Assembly: GCF_018350175.1 (NCBI RefSeq)
Contig: NC_058368.1
Span: forward strand, 201,378,001 to 201,442,000
DNA from: Felis catus
Taxonomy: Eukaryota
Reading direction: 5' to 3'
Length of the DNA stretch: 64,000 bases
The translations under genes were made by a program, and so were the position numbers. This document shows positions 37,911 through 51,030 of the stretch, piece after piece. The notes under the pieces are model-generated. The model worked only from the letters and a program-made list of their open reading frames with translations, did no database searches and was not told the origin of the DNA. Within the stretch, counting starts at the first letter, position 1. Every line of letters begins with the position of its first letter.

Positions 37911-38721
37911 ACATAGATTTAAGATCAACCATTGTTGATTATCAGTCAGAAGGATTATACTGAACTAACTTGTCCAGAAAGCTTTGGAAATAATTTTCAA
38001 ATGATTTATTTTATACCATATGAACTACAGGACAGAGGTCCCTTGTATTTTATAGGCAGTCTACGCTTTAGGCAAACAACCCACTAAAGTCACAGGCTGT
38101 TACCTTTTGTAGCAGGGAAAGCTCTTGGGTGGTCCTCTGGGGAAACCGTAGGCAAAAAGTACTGCTGTAATCCAATCTGTATAGCAAATCATCATAGAAC
38201 CAGCAAGAGAGAAAAATGGCCTCCTCCTAGGCCAAGATGTAGAAAAGAAAGCAAACACATTCCTAGTAATACTCTGTCTAAAAATATAGGAACTACTGTC
38301 TAACTCAATTTCACTGTATTCTCTTTATTCAAAATGCCCTGTTTTCTTCTGTATTTTGAGAGAATAAATATAGAAGCCCAATTCTTAAAAGATAGTCCAA
38401 AGGAAGTGGCATTCCCTAGGTACAAGGAAAGAGTAGGTTATCAGAATCTCTCTTGAAGAGTAAGTTATCCTGGGGATTTCCTTATTTTGTTTTAAGGTTC
38501 AACAGTTCACCTAAAGTAGGAGTTTTCTCTGAAATTGATAAGATCCAAGATTTGGATCTGCTAAAAGATTCAGAGGATACAGGAGGCTATCTGATATCCC
38601 AATTAGAACAGCACTGTGAACCAACCAACGTTAGAATTCACTACATTCGTGTTAGACTGCCTGTTCAATGCTTATATTTCAAGTACTAAAAATGTCCTGC
38701 TAATTCCTATAATTTTATATA

Positions 38722-38940
38722 TTTATTCATCCACTCGTTCATTCATTAGTCGTTCGCTCACATAGTAATTCATTCAACCAATATTCATGACACTCTTACA
38801 AGCCAGACACATTTTTGTTATTATTTTTGGATAATAAGATGAATAAAAAGGAGACATGATCCCTTCTCTCATGGAGTTTACAATCGCGTGGAAGACAGTA
38901 AGTAATAAAATAATCTCAGTAAAAACATAATTGAGAGCTG
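38722..38940 (-). mobile_element. L2 3' end
   Basis: (ATTC)n-like tail, then ataaagatgaataaaaaggagacatgatcccttctctcatggagtttacaatc. Confidence 0.75.
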
Positions 38941-41900
38941 ACATGATGAAACTTCAGCTATAAAAAATGTAAATGCAGAAAATGTTTTACACAATTGTTT
39001 TAACTGCCGATTTATTCTGTGAAGTTATATCCACACCGCATGGAAAAGTGAATGCTATTATATGTCTACATATCTATAATCTATTCGTTTGAAAGAGAAA
39101 TATAACAATTACATAGATAATACAATTTTCCTCCAGTTGCATTTGTTTCTGTATGTTTATGGATAAATTTTAATTTAGCACAAATTTGACCCTTAGAAAG
39201 AAATATTCAGTATGAATTCATGGAAAAAGAAATTATTTTTTTCTCGTTGAAAGAATAATAGTATTATTAATAAAAGTTGTTATAAAAGCTACTTGAGAGT
39301 AGTTTCTTTCCAAATCCTTATAGATAACTTGTTAATATGAAAAATTTTCTTATTTTTATAAATTGTGAGGACAAGGATAGTATTTGAAGATCAAAGACAT
39401 CAATGGGAAGAGACCCTTCCATCTTATTTCCTCAAGCATCACAGCAACATAGGCATACAAACATGCTTCATGAGAATTTTGGACTAGATTTAAAAAAGAA
39501 CGCACAAAGTCATGAATAAGAACACTATTTTATAATAAGGACCATGAAGCATTATTGTGATTGTTAAATGAAATAAAATGTGTAAGTGCTTGGCAAAAAA
39601 AAAAAAAAAAAAAAAAGAACACTATTTTACACACCAGGTATTTTCATGTACTATTGAGTTCACTCCCACCAACCTAAAGCTTCTTCATGAAAATGGCAGC
39701 AAAAGCATCATCCATTCCCTGACATCTGGACACATACACATCAGTGGCAGGCGCACCAGGCATAAGGGCATAAAACTAGACGAGAGGTCTGGATGCATCA
39801 TCTGGTACCTGTTAGAAGTCAGGGTAGATCCTATGCTAAGTGGTTTCACAGATTGCACCAAGCAAGGAGCAAGCCCCAGGAGAAAAAGCCAAAGGCAATA
39901 TTGCTCTGAAGGGCTGTAGAATTGTGCAGTGGTCTCTGTCAGTGACATTGATGATACTGATGACAATTAGGAGAGAGGGTTTAGAATGTGAATGGGGAGC
40001 GATTCAGCTGCTACAATATCCATCAGCAGACAGTTGCCTGAGGCAAAGGCCTCTGTTGTCCTTTGTTTTCTCTTCCTACTGGCAGATCTAGGGGAGGTTG
40101 GGGGGGGGGGGTGAGAAAAAAGAATTTATAAAATTCATAATAGCAACATTTTTAAGTGAAAAATTGCTGCTGAAGAATTTAAAAGTGACCGTTTTTAAAA
40201 ACAAAATTGGCTGCTGCTTCTATCTTTAATAAATGTGAGATATCCTGTAACACTGGGATAGCTGTCAACTAAAGAGAAGTATTTGAAGAGAGAGGGTTTA
40301 TATCTGCTTACAGAAAGCCCTCAGTTTAACACGACTAAATGATCAGCTATTTCCTCCTTGCCACAGGATGCCTTCAAAATAATCCCCAGCAATGGCGTGG
40401 TATTGAGCCATTGGTTAGACTATTGCTACACTTTTGGTTGTCACTTGAACCACATCGTGCAATTTTTGTTTCGGGTTCGAGACACAGCCCTCTTGCTTAA
40501 TCTTAATGTAGTTTAATATAAATGAATGAGCACTTTTGAGCTCACCAATTTTTTTGAAATTAAATGTTGATTTTATTATAGATGCTAATGAACCCGATGT
40601 CTTTTATTTTCGTGGAAAATCATTATTTTACAGAACGAATCCTCTGATTAGATTCCCATATAATTATAAACAGTACTACCAGTGAGAGGTATCCAAAAAC
40701 TAAAAAAGTGGAAATAGGGTATATAAAATCCAGAAGTATCAATAGTCAAGATTTCACTCATGTGTTCTCTCTGAAATGGGAAATACAGAATACGAGTAGC
40801 AGACTGCCTTTACATCCTAGAAAAAAGAAATACTTTGCCATTATGTCCTAGAAAGAAGAAATAACTATGGAAGTATAAAAGTGATTTTTTATCATGTTCT
40901 ATTTCTTGTGATTATATGATATGGATATGCCATAAGAAATATATTTCTGATGTTTCATTGGGTAATTCTGCTTCGGGTCTCAGCACCAAAGCAAGAATTC
41001 CAAAATATGTGGAGAACAACACTCAGTGTTAAGTGTTTAGAAATTCAGGTTAGAATAGCTCTCTGTGGGGGTCAACAGATATACGATTTTCAAAACCAAA
41101 AATTATTTGATATATCCTCTTTAATACGTCTTACGAATACATTTTTTAGACCATTTGTACAGGGAAGCTTAAGCAATTTATTTTTAAATTGTTACCCTAG
41201 CTTCCATGCCTGATGGTGGGATATAAACTAGAAAATGACAAGCTTGTCAATTTTGCAGAAAGTACATTTTATTTCAAACTATTGACTCCATTTTTCAGTT
41301 CTTTATGTGCAGATAACTTCATATATAGAGCTTAAATATAATGCAACAGAAATAAGATAACAGATACAATTAAAGATTCTGTTAGAATGTAATGATTTTT
41401 ATTATTGTTACTCTGTATTTATAGCTAATTATGTTTACAAGGAAAGTGCCAAAAACAGCCTATCACCAAGAATGCTAAACTCACACAAACTTGCACCTGA
41501 GAAGAATTTTCAATGGAGAAACCAAATCAAACCAACCTCAATCATGGCTTATTAAATTACAGCTGGTCCAAAACTGTTTGATATTCAGGCAGCTAATTAG
41601 CAATGGAGATGGCTAATTCAAGCGCTGGGCTTTGATCTCTTGGTTCCCCCAATATTTATTAGGTTTATTTAAAAAAGAATGGAGATGGAAAGTATCCTGA
41701 AAGCTGGAGGAGACAGTCTGAACAGTAGTTTACTTATAATTTACAGACTTGTGGTACTCAATATATAATGCAATAATCCTCCTCAGTGCCATTTGTCATT
41801 TGGACGCGGCCACAGATTATAGCTTAGGGCACTGCATCTGCGCACAGATCTGGCAGGAAATGGCCTAAAATCTTGAACAGCTGAGCATGATGTTTCCGTA

Positions 41901-43431
41901 TAGTTGGAAAACTCAACCTCTGCTCCAGAGGTCACTGCATGCTTCTGTCCTGACAGCCCAAATTGTTAAGCATGTGACTAATATGCATACAGAACACAGG
42001 CTGCCTGACGTCTGCTACAAGCTTGATGGCTGGTTAGCGGCTAGTCTTAATTTTATGTGACAATCCTATGTAGGAAGTGCTGTGTGGGTGACTAAATGGA
42101 GCATATTGATGTCCCACTGGGTGTAGCCCCTGTTGTTTTGACAAATTCTCCTTAGCATTTATCAATCAGGCCTTCAATGGGGAGTGTGCTGAATATCTAA
42201 TTCAGACATGCGAGTCAGGGCTAATAGAGCAAGATAGCGTGTTATTCAATTTGTACTCGTTAGCGATGTCCCACTGTCACTGGGCAATTTACCTTCACAC
42301 TTCACAAATGAAAAGAGAAATTTGCTGGGCTTCAAACACTTACATGAGTTACAAGCAAAATTTTAATTAGCATGTCATTACAGCAATAATTTATTGCTTC
42401 TTTGTAGTTTTCCTAGCATACAGATTGCACTTTTCCTATTTTGGAAGGGATGTCCTCAAGGCTTCTGAAGCAGGTAATAATAAGGACAGCAAACAAGCTT
42501 TACTAAAAGATGCATATTGATGTTTTCTGTTTGTGGAGTTTTACACACTCATTTATGCATGGACATAAAATGTATCATTACAATCTTTCGGGTTTTGTGA
42601 TTCTCTCAATGTTTTATTCCATTTTATAATGGTGTTTGTTTATTTGAACAAACGTGGTTCTACCATGCTTCGGCTTATTCCTGAATATCACACATGTGTG
42701 CAAACTAAAGAGCCAACACCACCATTGTTAAAAGCACTTGATGTAAGCGAGGGGAACTTCTGTAGTTCTTCCAGGATGGGTACTTGTGAATATACAAAGG
42801 TTTTTCCAGATTGTGAACAAAGCAGCATCCACTGTTTTCTACCAACTGTTCGTGGAGAGTTGCCTAGAAGTGCAGTCTTTAATCAGCTGGCAAACAGAAC
42901 ATGTTAAGAAAGGACAGCAAACAGAAGATGGAGTTGTTCTCTATGCGTGGCCTCAATCGGGCATCCTCAGAAGACAAAAGTGAAAGAATGACCTGTATTG
43001 TCCAAGACAGAAAGAATCCAAAAAGATAGGATGAATAAACAAAAATGGCAATTGTGAGTGGATTAAAATGTAAGCGGAATAAAGACTTTGATCACAGTGT
43101 TGGCGTATTTTGAAGAGTTATCCTGGCCAAAACCTCTTTGCATGAAAGGGGCAGTCGGACTTCTCAGACGACAATTAACAGTACCTCACAGTACGTAGTA
43201 AGTCAAGGTAAATAAACACAGCTAAGTTTTATTCTGCACATATTACCTAATATGAAAGAACATGGCTTAATGAATAAAGTTCCCCATATATTCCCAAATA
43301 TACAGAAATATGATTTTATGCCTACTGAATTGCATATTACCAATTTTAAGAGCATGGCTTTATGATTACCTTGCATCAAAGCTTACTGTCAAACAGAATG
43401 GGTCTTGGGCTGCATTTCTGCCATACTTACA

Positions 43432-43537
43432 GTGGCAGGATAGTGTCTTATTCATTTTTATATGCCATTTACTAACTAGCATGGTGCAGAGTATCTAGCA
43501 AGGGTGCAATACATAGCGATTGAAAGAATGAGCAAAT
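43432..43537 (+). mobile_element. L2 3' end
   Basis: ggcaggatagtgtcttattcatttttatat...ctagcatggtgc...ttgaaagaatga. Confidence 0.6.
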
Positions 43538-44454
43538 CAGTGATGAGAGAAGTGCACCAAAGGAAGGAACACATGAATAGACTCACAGTTCCAACTGTTT
43601 TCTATTTGGAAGGATAATTAAAAGTACGTTTATATCCACAGGAAATCAGAACACACTTTACGTAAATCTAATATTTTTGGAATTAGAAAAAAATATATAT
43701 ATATAAATATGACAAATATATATATATAAATATGACAAAGAGAAGTTTGTTGACGTTGTGAGCAATGTGTACATATTCATGCTACATTAATCTTTCCTAG
43801 TTGTATGTATTTCAGAATTAATCAGCTTTTGGGGGGGGGGATAAGAAGCATTTTCTTGGCCAAAAAACATTTCTGGGCCAATCTGTGAAAGATTTTGTCA
43901 TAATAATTTGACTAATCACATGATCACTGTATTTAATATTTTAAAAACATATCTTCTGTGTGTGTGTGTATGTTTTCTGAAATACTGTTAACATTGCCCT
44001 TCTGATGTCAGAGTACTGAGTGTGTGTGTCTGCATGTGTGTGTGTGTGTGTGTGTGTGTTTTCCACTACTGGAAAAATAATGTCCTGCTTAAAAAGGATT
44101 CTCTTGAATAATAACAGCAACATTTTATTCTTAATACAGTTCTTCACAGAGAGAATCTTGAAGCATTAGAATAAAAGCATGACACCTAATATAGATAATT
44201 AAACATCAATACTTAAATAACTCCACCATGAATTCCAGTTCTATGGAGGGACACTACAGACAAAATTAACATTTTTGAAATTTATTTGCTTTAGGGTTCT
44301 TTTTCACTCCACTTTTTCTACTGTGTCCAAGAAAACCCCAAAAAAGTAATATTTAATATTTTGAGATGATCACTAGAGATTTCAGTGGTTCTAAATTTTA
44401 ACTGGAATTCAATATAAATTTTAAAAATATTACTGTGATCATAGTATTGTCAGA

Positions 44455-45075
44455 TGCTATAGTGGAGAAAGACAAATATGAACACAGAACAGGCACATAA
44501 ATATCTTACAGTGCCAAATAAAAGTGTCTTAATGATGAACTAAACATGCACTAAGAGTCAAGGGAGAGGAATCTCACATCTTGTTGAGAATTTCAGAAGC
44601 AAACTCAAGGAGAAAATAAATGGCTTTTCAGATGGGCCTTGATGAAAAGGTAGGATTTCAAGAGATAGAGATGTGGGGAGTAGAGAACAGCATAACGAGC
44701 AAAGGGATCAACAATAAAAGCAAACAAACAAAAAATCCAAATGTAGAAAATCCATCGCAAAGTTAGAGACTAGTAGTCTAGTCTAATTGGAATGTAAGCT
44801 ATGTGAACAGGGTACTAAGTAGAAGGCAGGAAAGATTCTGAGGCCAGACTGTGATGGGCCTAATTTATGCTTCTCATGAATGCTCCTAATTTAATATGCC
44901 ACAGAGAAACTGGAAAGAATTTTGTGCTGGAGAGGGAAGTGACTAGAGATGCACCATGGGAGAATATAATCTAGCACAGCTGGGGGAGGGGGGCGGGTAG
45001 GGGGGAGTGTATGCAGTAAGGACTTGAGAGAGGCCTGAAAGCAGTAAAGACTGCATTGAAATCATTCAGATGATT
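44455..45075 (-). mobile_element. L2 fragment
   Basis: atagtggagaaagacaaat...gatgggccttgatgaaaaggtaggatttcaagag...gccagactgtgatgggcct. Confidence 0.65.
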
Positions 45076-45093
45076 CTGAGAATCTAGTGTCAT

Positions 45094-45181
45094 GGTTCCT
45101 GGGTAGCTCAGTCAGTAAACCTGGGACTCGATTTCCCTCAGGTCATGATCTCACTTCACTTCAGGTCATGATCTTACAGTT
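45094..45181 (+). mobile_element. 3'-truncated CAN-SINE head with internal duplication
   Basis: cctgggtagctcagtcagt...tcaggtcatgatct occurs twice. No CT tract or tail. Confidence 0.75.
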
Positions 45182-45419
45182 CTCTAAAGTAATAACCATA
45201 TAGCATATAAATACAAAGCCAAGTGTTAACCTTTCACTCTAGAACTATGAAAATCAAACTCTCCTAGTGGTATTTTATAACGAATCTCTATTTCTATCTT
45301 TTTATTCTTTCTATGCAAACCAGCTGTCCAATTTTCAATGCTTCGATAATATTTTTGCCCACCAGTTTCCTGAATTTAGTCTATGTAAATATTAGTTTGT
45401 TTAAAAAGACCGAGCTTTT

Positions 45420-45630
45420 GGGGCACCTGGGCGGCTCAGTGTGTTAAGTGTTTGACTCAATTTTGGCTCAGGTCATGATTTCACAGTTTCGTGAGTTCAA
45501 GTCCCACATCAGGTTCTGCAGTGGCAGCTCGGAGCTTGCTTGGGATTCTCTCTCTCCCCCTCTCTCTGCCCTTCCCTGACTCGTGCTGTCTCTGTCTCTC
45601 CCAAAAATAAATAATGAAACTTAAAAAAAA
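45420..45630 (+). mobile_element. CAN-SINE
   Basis: Full sense copy, degenerate TSD aaaaagac(c/t)ga. Confidence 0.93.
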
Positions 45631-45688
45631 GACTGAAATTTCTAAGATCTAAATCAATCCTATGAAGAATTAGTTTGTTTCTATTTTA

Positions 45689-45905
45689 TTTTTTAATGTT
45701 TATTTATTTTTGAGAGAGAGAGAGGGAGAGAGAGAGAGCATGAGTGGGGAAGGGGCAGAGAGAGAGGGAGACACAGAATTGAAAGCAGGCTACAGGCTCC
45801 AAGCTGTCAGCACAGAGCCCGATGGGGGGCTCGAACTCACAAACCACGAGATCATGACCCAAGCCGAAGTTGGGCACTTAACCAACTGAACCACCCAGAC
45901 ACCCC
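45689..45905 (-). mobile_element. CAN-SINE
   Basis: TSD tgtttctatttta at 45676-45688 and 45906-45918. Confidence 0.95.
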
Positions 45906-47674
45906 TGTTTCTATTTTAAATATTTAGTATTTTCTATTTTAATACTTCATCCCAATTTTAAGGAACTCAATGTAAATCTTGTAATTAGTGTATTCTAATG
46001 GAAATTCAGACACATAGTAATGGAATTGTTTTCTGAAAGACATAAAATACTAAAAACGAAAATAAAATTAGGAGTCCTATCCTTATACTAACCTTTGCTT
46101 CAAACTAATTATGTGTTTAACTTGCCAAATCAATTTTTAATAAACAGATTGTGTTTAACCCAAATTTCAACAAAACTGACAAGTTTTCCTACCTTAATAA
46201 TTGCTAAATGGGGATTTTCAGCCATGGTTCTACATGGGCCATTGCTGTTTCAATGTAATTTATTAATGTAGAACAGTTGGATTGAGATCTTCTAAAGAAT
46301 TTTAAACTTTTTCTTGACACTTTTAAAAAATAGCACTTATTATTTTTACAATAGGTTATGGATGTATCGCTCTCTATACTTATAGGGACACTGAGGTAGC
46401 TATTCACTAATGTACTGTGAACATAATTTTAATAGGAAGATCAGTAAAAGTAAATGAGAAAAATATGAGTCATATTTCCAACAAGAAAAGCATAACAATA
46501 CAAAATTTATTTCACACATAGTATCATTAGGATGCAATGATTTAATCCTTTATTATGAAATAAATAAATAATTTTTGAACAGAAAACAACAAACAGAAAA
46601 AGATAAAAAGTTTCAAGCAGAATGCCATTCTTAAAATATGGCCATAAAACTATTCAGAGTTGGGTTCTTGACAAAACTGGTCATTCTATATTAATTTTTA
46701 GGTAAGTTGCTTATTAAATGAGTATGATACAAAACAGAACAGCACGAAAATAGAATCTGCTAGGTGCTGAATCAGTAACAATAGTAAAAATGACCATGCA
46801 TTTAATTCTGCATTTATGGTAAAACAGCATCATTTCAAGGTCCCAAGCCAATGATCTTACAGTTTTCCTGTTCCCTTTATGTATTGTTTTCCTTTAACTA
46901 GCAGGAATTGATTACATTCAGTTATGGAATACATTACATATTCCTATAAATGACTTATTTTCATCAAAAGTTTAATTTCCTTTTCTTCTGTTGATGAACT
47001 AGACAAGTAGCTGAATACAGTATCCATTGCAGGCCGAATAATCTGTTCTGTTGGTTTCTAAGTCCCTGTGGGTTCCATTTTATTATCTCAGTTTTATACA
47101 TGATGAAATGGAGACTCAGAGCCCTTACTGATTCACTTCAGTTCGCGAAGGTATGTGGTGGTGGGTGGGAACCTGTCTCTATCTTTCTTTCCTTTGCACC
47201 AGCTGCCTCCCTGGGAAGTTAAATATTGGGTGGTGGCCACTTTTAGAGTTCAGAAGGAGATCAGGATGCTCTTAGTCCTGATTTTTATTGCTAAGAAAAA
47301 TCGCAATAAAGCCCCAAAGAAAGGGGTCAATGGTGTTATTCATGTATTTGGTCTTCCAGTCACTAAAATGAATATTTTTACATACAAAGCACTACTTTTG
47401 GTGTTCTGGATGATGTAGTGATTCATAATATATAGTTATTGCCCTCTGGGGTTTAATAAACACTTTGGGGAGAAAAGGCCTACAGTATGTGAGAGGAGTG
47501 GCCATTAGAGCTTTCTGGCAGAAGCGATGCAAACTGGCTGAGGCCAATTTAAGCTAAATTTTTTTTTTTGGAAAGGAATTGGAGTAACCTAGAAGCCTAA
47601 AGAAAAAATCATTCAGTCAGGCTTCCTAAGAGACAGAAACAGAGCAACTTCAAAATTCTACCAGCTATGCTGAA

Positions 47675-47842
47675 ATAGATAATACTTATTAAGCACCTTC
47701 TCTGGCCCTGTTCTACACATATCAGTATCTGCAACCCACACCACAAGGTAATAAGCTTGGTACTATTGTTTTTGTTACTATTTTACTAGATGAGGAAGTT
47801 GAGGCACAGAGAGCTTAAGTAACTGCCCGAAGTCTCACTGCT
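47675..47842 (-). mobile_element. MIR
   Basis: aatacttattaagcacc...ttttactagatgaggaagttgaggcacagagagcttaagtaactgccc. Confidence 0.8.
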
Positions 47843-48524
47843 ACCTTCAGGGTGCCACAGTGCATTTAAAATTACTGCATTTTAAAAGGCTTTCATTTTT
47901 GTGACACTTTCCTCCAGATTGATTCAGAGGACGTAATTTGGGTGATGTTCCTGACTTTAGACAAGGAGGGGACGTTCTGAGAAGAAATTAGATAGGCAAA
48001 AATAACAGATGTCCACTGTACTGCAGAGATAATAAAACCAGGCTATGGTAAGTGAGGACATTTTTATGTACCAATTGAGTGACAAGCTTTGCAATTTAAA
48101 GATATTGCTCATTCTGCAGGATACTCAAACCAGGGAGAATTGGAACCAGTCATTTGACCACTAGACCAGGGTGCCCCATCTTCCCAGTGACTAGACAGAT
48201 GTCATATAAGCACTTCCCCAGCAAAAGGAGAGGCCAGAACTGAAATCTCGGGATGGGAAATTCAGTCTGGGAAAGCTGACAGGTACCTGGGAAATACCTT
48301 ATTTGTCAGGGTCCTGGCTGGTCTCCTTAAATATCAGGGTTAAAATAGTCTTGAACAGAAGACACATGATAAGATATCAATGTGGTGGAATTGCTTAATG
48401 TGATAGTCTCTGCAATCTGATAGTACCTCTACTCCATTACCGTGGCTCCACCATTCCCATCCTCCACTCCGGCCTCCCTACTTGAAGAAGAGAGCAGTCC
48501 CCTTCAACAAGTCAATCCCTTCTT

Positions 48525-49105
48525 TTGTTTGTTCAGCAAATACCCATTAAGCGCATTCTACCTGAATGTGACAGATGCGGTTCTAACCCTCACTGAACAG
48601 ACAGAATAGCGAACAGGCCAAGATACAGTGTGTTACATGCTGTAGGTACTATGGGAGCACATAGGAGGGGCATCTAACAGAATCTAACAGGATTAAAGAA
48701 GTCTCACAGGAGGAAATGATTTTTAAAAGAAGAACTTAAGTCATTAAAAAAAGGAGCTCAGGGAAGAGGTGGATTATCGGGCAGGGGGAATATTTGGGGT
48801 TGAAGGCCAAGCAGAGGAATTGTGACCTGTAGCGAGGAAGGGCAATGAGAAAGGTTCTGTCTGATGCTTCCGCCTGCTTAGGACAGAGAATAAAACAGGT
48901 CCAGAAGTAATCAGAATATCAGTTGCATTAAAGTAAGGGCCAGAACGAATCCAAGGAGAGTGGATCCAGCTCAGCAGTGAGAATCTCAAAGACCTCAGGA
49001 AAGGGACGAGTTTTAGATGAGTCTTAAAGGATGAATAGTTTCAGTTGACAGAAGCAGAGGAAAGGGCACATCTGTACAAGGAAAGGCCTGAGGTAGGCCA
49101 GATAG
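48525..49105 (-). mobile_element. L2 fragments
   Basis: gttcagcaaatacccattaagcgc...ctatgggagcacataggaggggcatctaac...gagttttagatgagtcttaaaggatgaatag. Confidence 0.65.
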
Positions 49106-49394
49106 AGTGTTCTCTCCCCTGTTTCTTTTGTGTGACATTGTACCTGCCTCGATTTGTGTCTCCCACTCCCACACTTCCCTCATTTCTCTCTTAATTCATT
49201 TTTCAAAATTCACGTGGTTACATTCTCGGTGAAGATGTCCAGACTAGCAGAGATAAAAACAAGTGGTTATTTTCTCTGTGTGACCGAAGCTATTGTTCTA
49301 TTCAGTTTTGTATTGTCCAGGACTTAGCATAATTCCAAGAACGTACTGAGTGCTTAATGAGTTTTGATGAGTCAATTAGTTTATTAATAGGAGC

Positions 49395-49620
49395 ATATGG
49401 GAAGAGTCTGGTACCCTGGTTACAATGATGCTTGAGTCAGACTCTTTGAAGTCAAATTCCAGTTGTGCTACTTTCTACATGTGTGACTTGGGTCAATGAT
49501 CTCAACCTCAGCTTCTTTATCTGTCAGACGGACATAATAACAAAATCTCTAGGTTTCTTGGAAGATAAAACATGAAGGTATTTGGCACAGGAGGAGCATT
49601 GCAACATCTGTTAGTTGTTG
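49395..49620 (+). mobile_element. MIR
   Basis: tgagtcagact...caaattccagttgtgctact...tgtgtgacttgggtcaatgatctcaacctcagcttctttatctgtc. Confidence 0.7.
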
Positions 49621-49925
49621 GTATTGTTGACCTAATAACGTATCATCTCTCTCCCATTTTGCACATGGGTGGCAACAATATGGGAAAAATATACTAAAAC
49701 TGGAATTCAGACAAAGGGCAGAATGTTTCTTGACTTCATCAAGAAGAGAGGACAATAAAGATAGAGACATAGAGAGAAGTCTGTATGGCAGTCTGTTCTG
49801 TTTGTTGACAGCTTGGTTATGCAAGTTCACTCTTAGATCCGGAAACTGATGTCCTTTCTGGAATTTATAACTAGATAAGATTATCGGAGGTGCATTCAAG
49901 GCCACAGTACCTTTGCAAAATTGCA

Positions 49926-49930
<5 letters not shown>

Positions 49931-49968
<38 letters not shown>
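49931..49968. repeat. (TG)n microsatellite
   Basis: Seen directly. Confidence 0.92.
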
Positions 49969-49972
<4 letters not shown>

Positions 49973-50226
49973 ATCATTGGTATTCTCTTGTTCTCTTTTA
50001 AACTGTGATCACCTGCAGCTTCCTGCATGCACCCACCCCTTTTTTTCAGGAATTTCATCCTAAATTCCCTACTCTGGCATTCCACTTGAACCAGCACCCC
50101 AAATTTCTTACCTCTGCTCCCTTCTCTGCCCCCTTCTCTGAAAAATCTAATTGAAACTCCATTCTTTCAGGGGGGTACATTCACCCAGAATTAGTGAAGA
50201 GCACTATATAATTCAATTAACTATTT

Positions 50227-50442
50227 TTAAAAAGATTTAATGTTTTATTTAATTTTTAGAGAGAGACAGAGACAGAGTGCTAGCAGGAGAAGGACAGGGA
50301 GAAAGGGAGACACAGAATCTGAAGCAGGTTCCAGGCTCTGAGCTGTCACCAGAGCCCAATTCAGGGCTTGAACCCACAAACGGTAAGATCATGACCTGAG
50401 CTGAAGTTGGTCGCTTAACTGACTGAGCCACCCAGGTGCCCC
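50227..50442 (-). mobile_element. CAN-SINE
   Basis: TSD taatt(c/a)aattaactattt at ~50209 and 50443. Confidence 0.94.
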
Positions 50443-50849
50443 TAATTAAATTAACTATTTACTCATTCATTCACTAAACATTTATTCAAATATTTATGAA
50501 GACTCTATATTTGTTCCAGGCATAGAGATACTTAGATGAAATCGAGAGCCTTACTCTAACAGATATTTCTATTTCAAAAGAGGTGGCCAATTAATTATTT
50601 ATGTTAGGTAGCATTTCAGAGAGTGTGAGAGAGAGATGTCGGGAAGCTTCTAGAACTACAGATAATCATTTACTCCTCTTGTACCCAGGTGTGACCCCGG
50701 TAATAATTTCCAAATTTCATGACTACTAATGATGGGCAGAATAACAGGAAAAGAAAGAGAACTTGTAAATATATCAGCACAGTAGACATATCATACAGTT
50801 ATTACCACCATACGTTTAATTCTTGGCATTTTTGAGGTTTTCGATATAA

Positions 50850-51030
50850 GTGTGTAATACAGTGATTGACAACACAGGCTCAGGACTCAGACATTCTTGG
50901 AATCAAACTCTAGCTTTCACTCTTATTTACAATGTGACCCTGGATAAATTACTTGGTTTCCTAAGTTCAGTTCCCTCATTTATTTAGTGAAGCTCCAGGT
51001 TGTCAGGGATTGAATGATTTTACTCAAATA
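50850..51030 (+). mobile_element. MIR
   Basis: cagtgattgacaacacaggctcaggactcagac...tgtgaccctggataaattactt...ttcagttccctcatttat. Confidence 0.75.

Noticed and set aside
39578..40120. Overlapping ORFs and acceptor-like polypyrimidine-AG sites as coding exons
   Set aside because: All frames after the candidate acceptors close early or give unrecognisable peptides. A non-coding exon cannot be supported without RNA data.
40345..40516. Plus-strand acceptor (ttcctccttgccacag) followed by a ~49-codon open frame
   Set aside because: No strong donor and no recognisable protein similarity.
42629..42983. Two overlapping plus-strand ORFs (92 and 65 aa)
   Set aside because: No recognisable homology or splice context, and the lengths are within chance expectation.
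43691..43736. 23-bp tandem duplication (also small ones near 440, 22060, 23600, 28040, 61795)
   Set aside because: Ordinary slippage duplications with no spacer structure, so not CRISPR-like.
49549..50097. 182-aa minus-strand ORF
   Set aside because: Non-ATG start, runs through a (CA)n tract (HTHTHT) and a MIR end, and has no recognisable domain.
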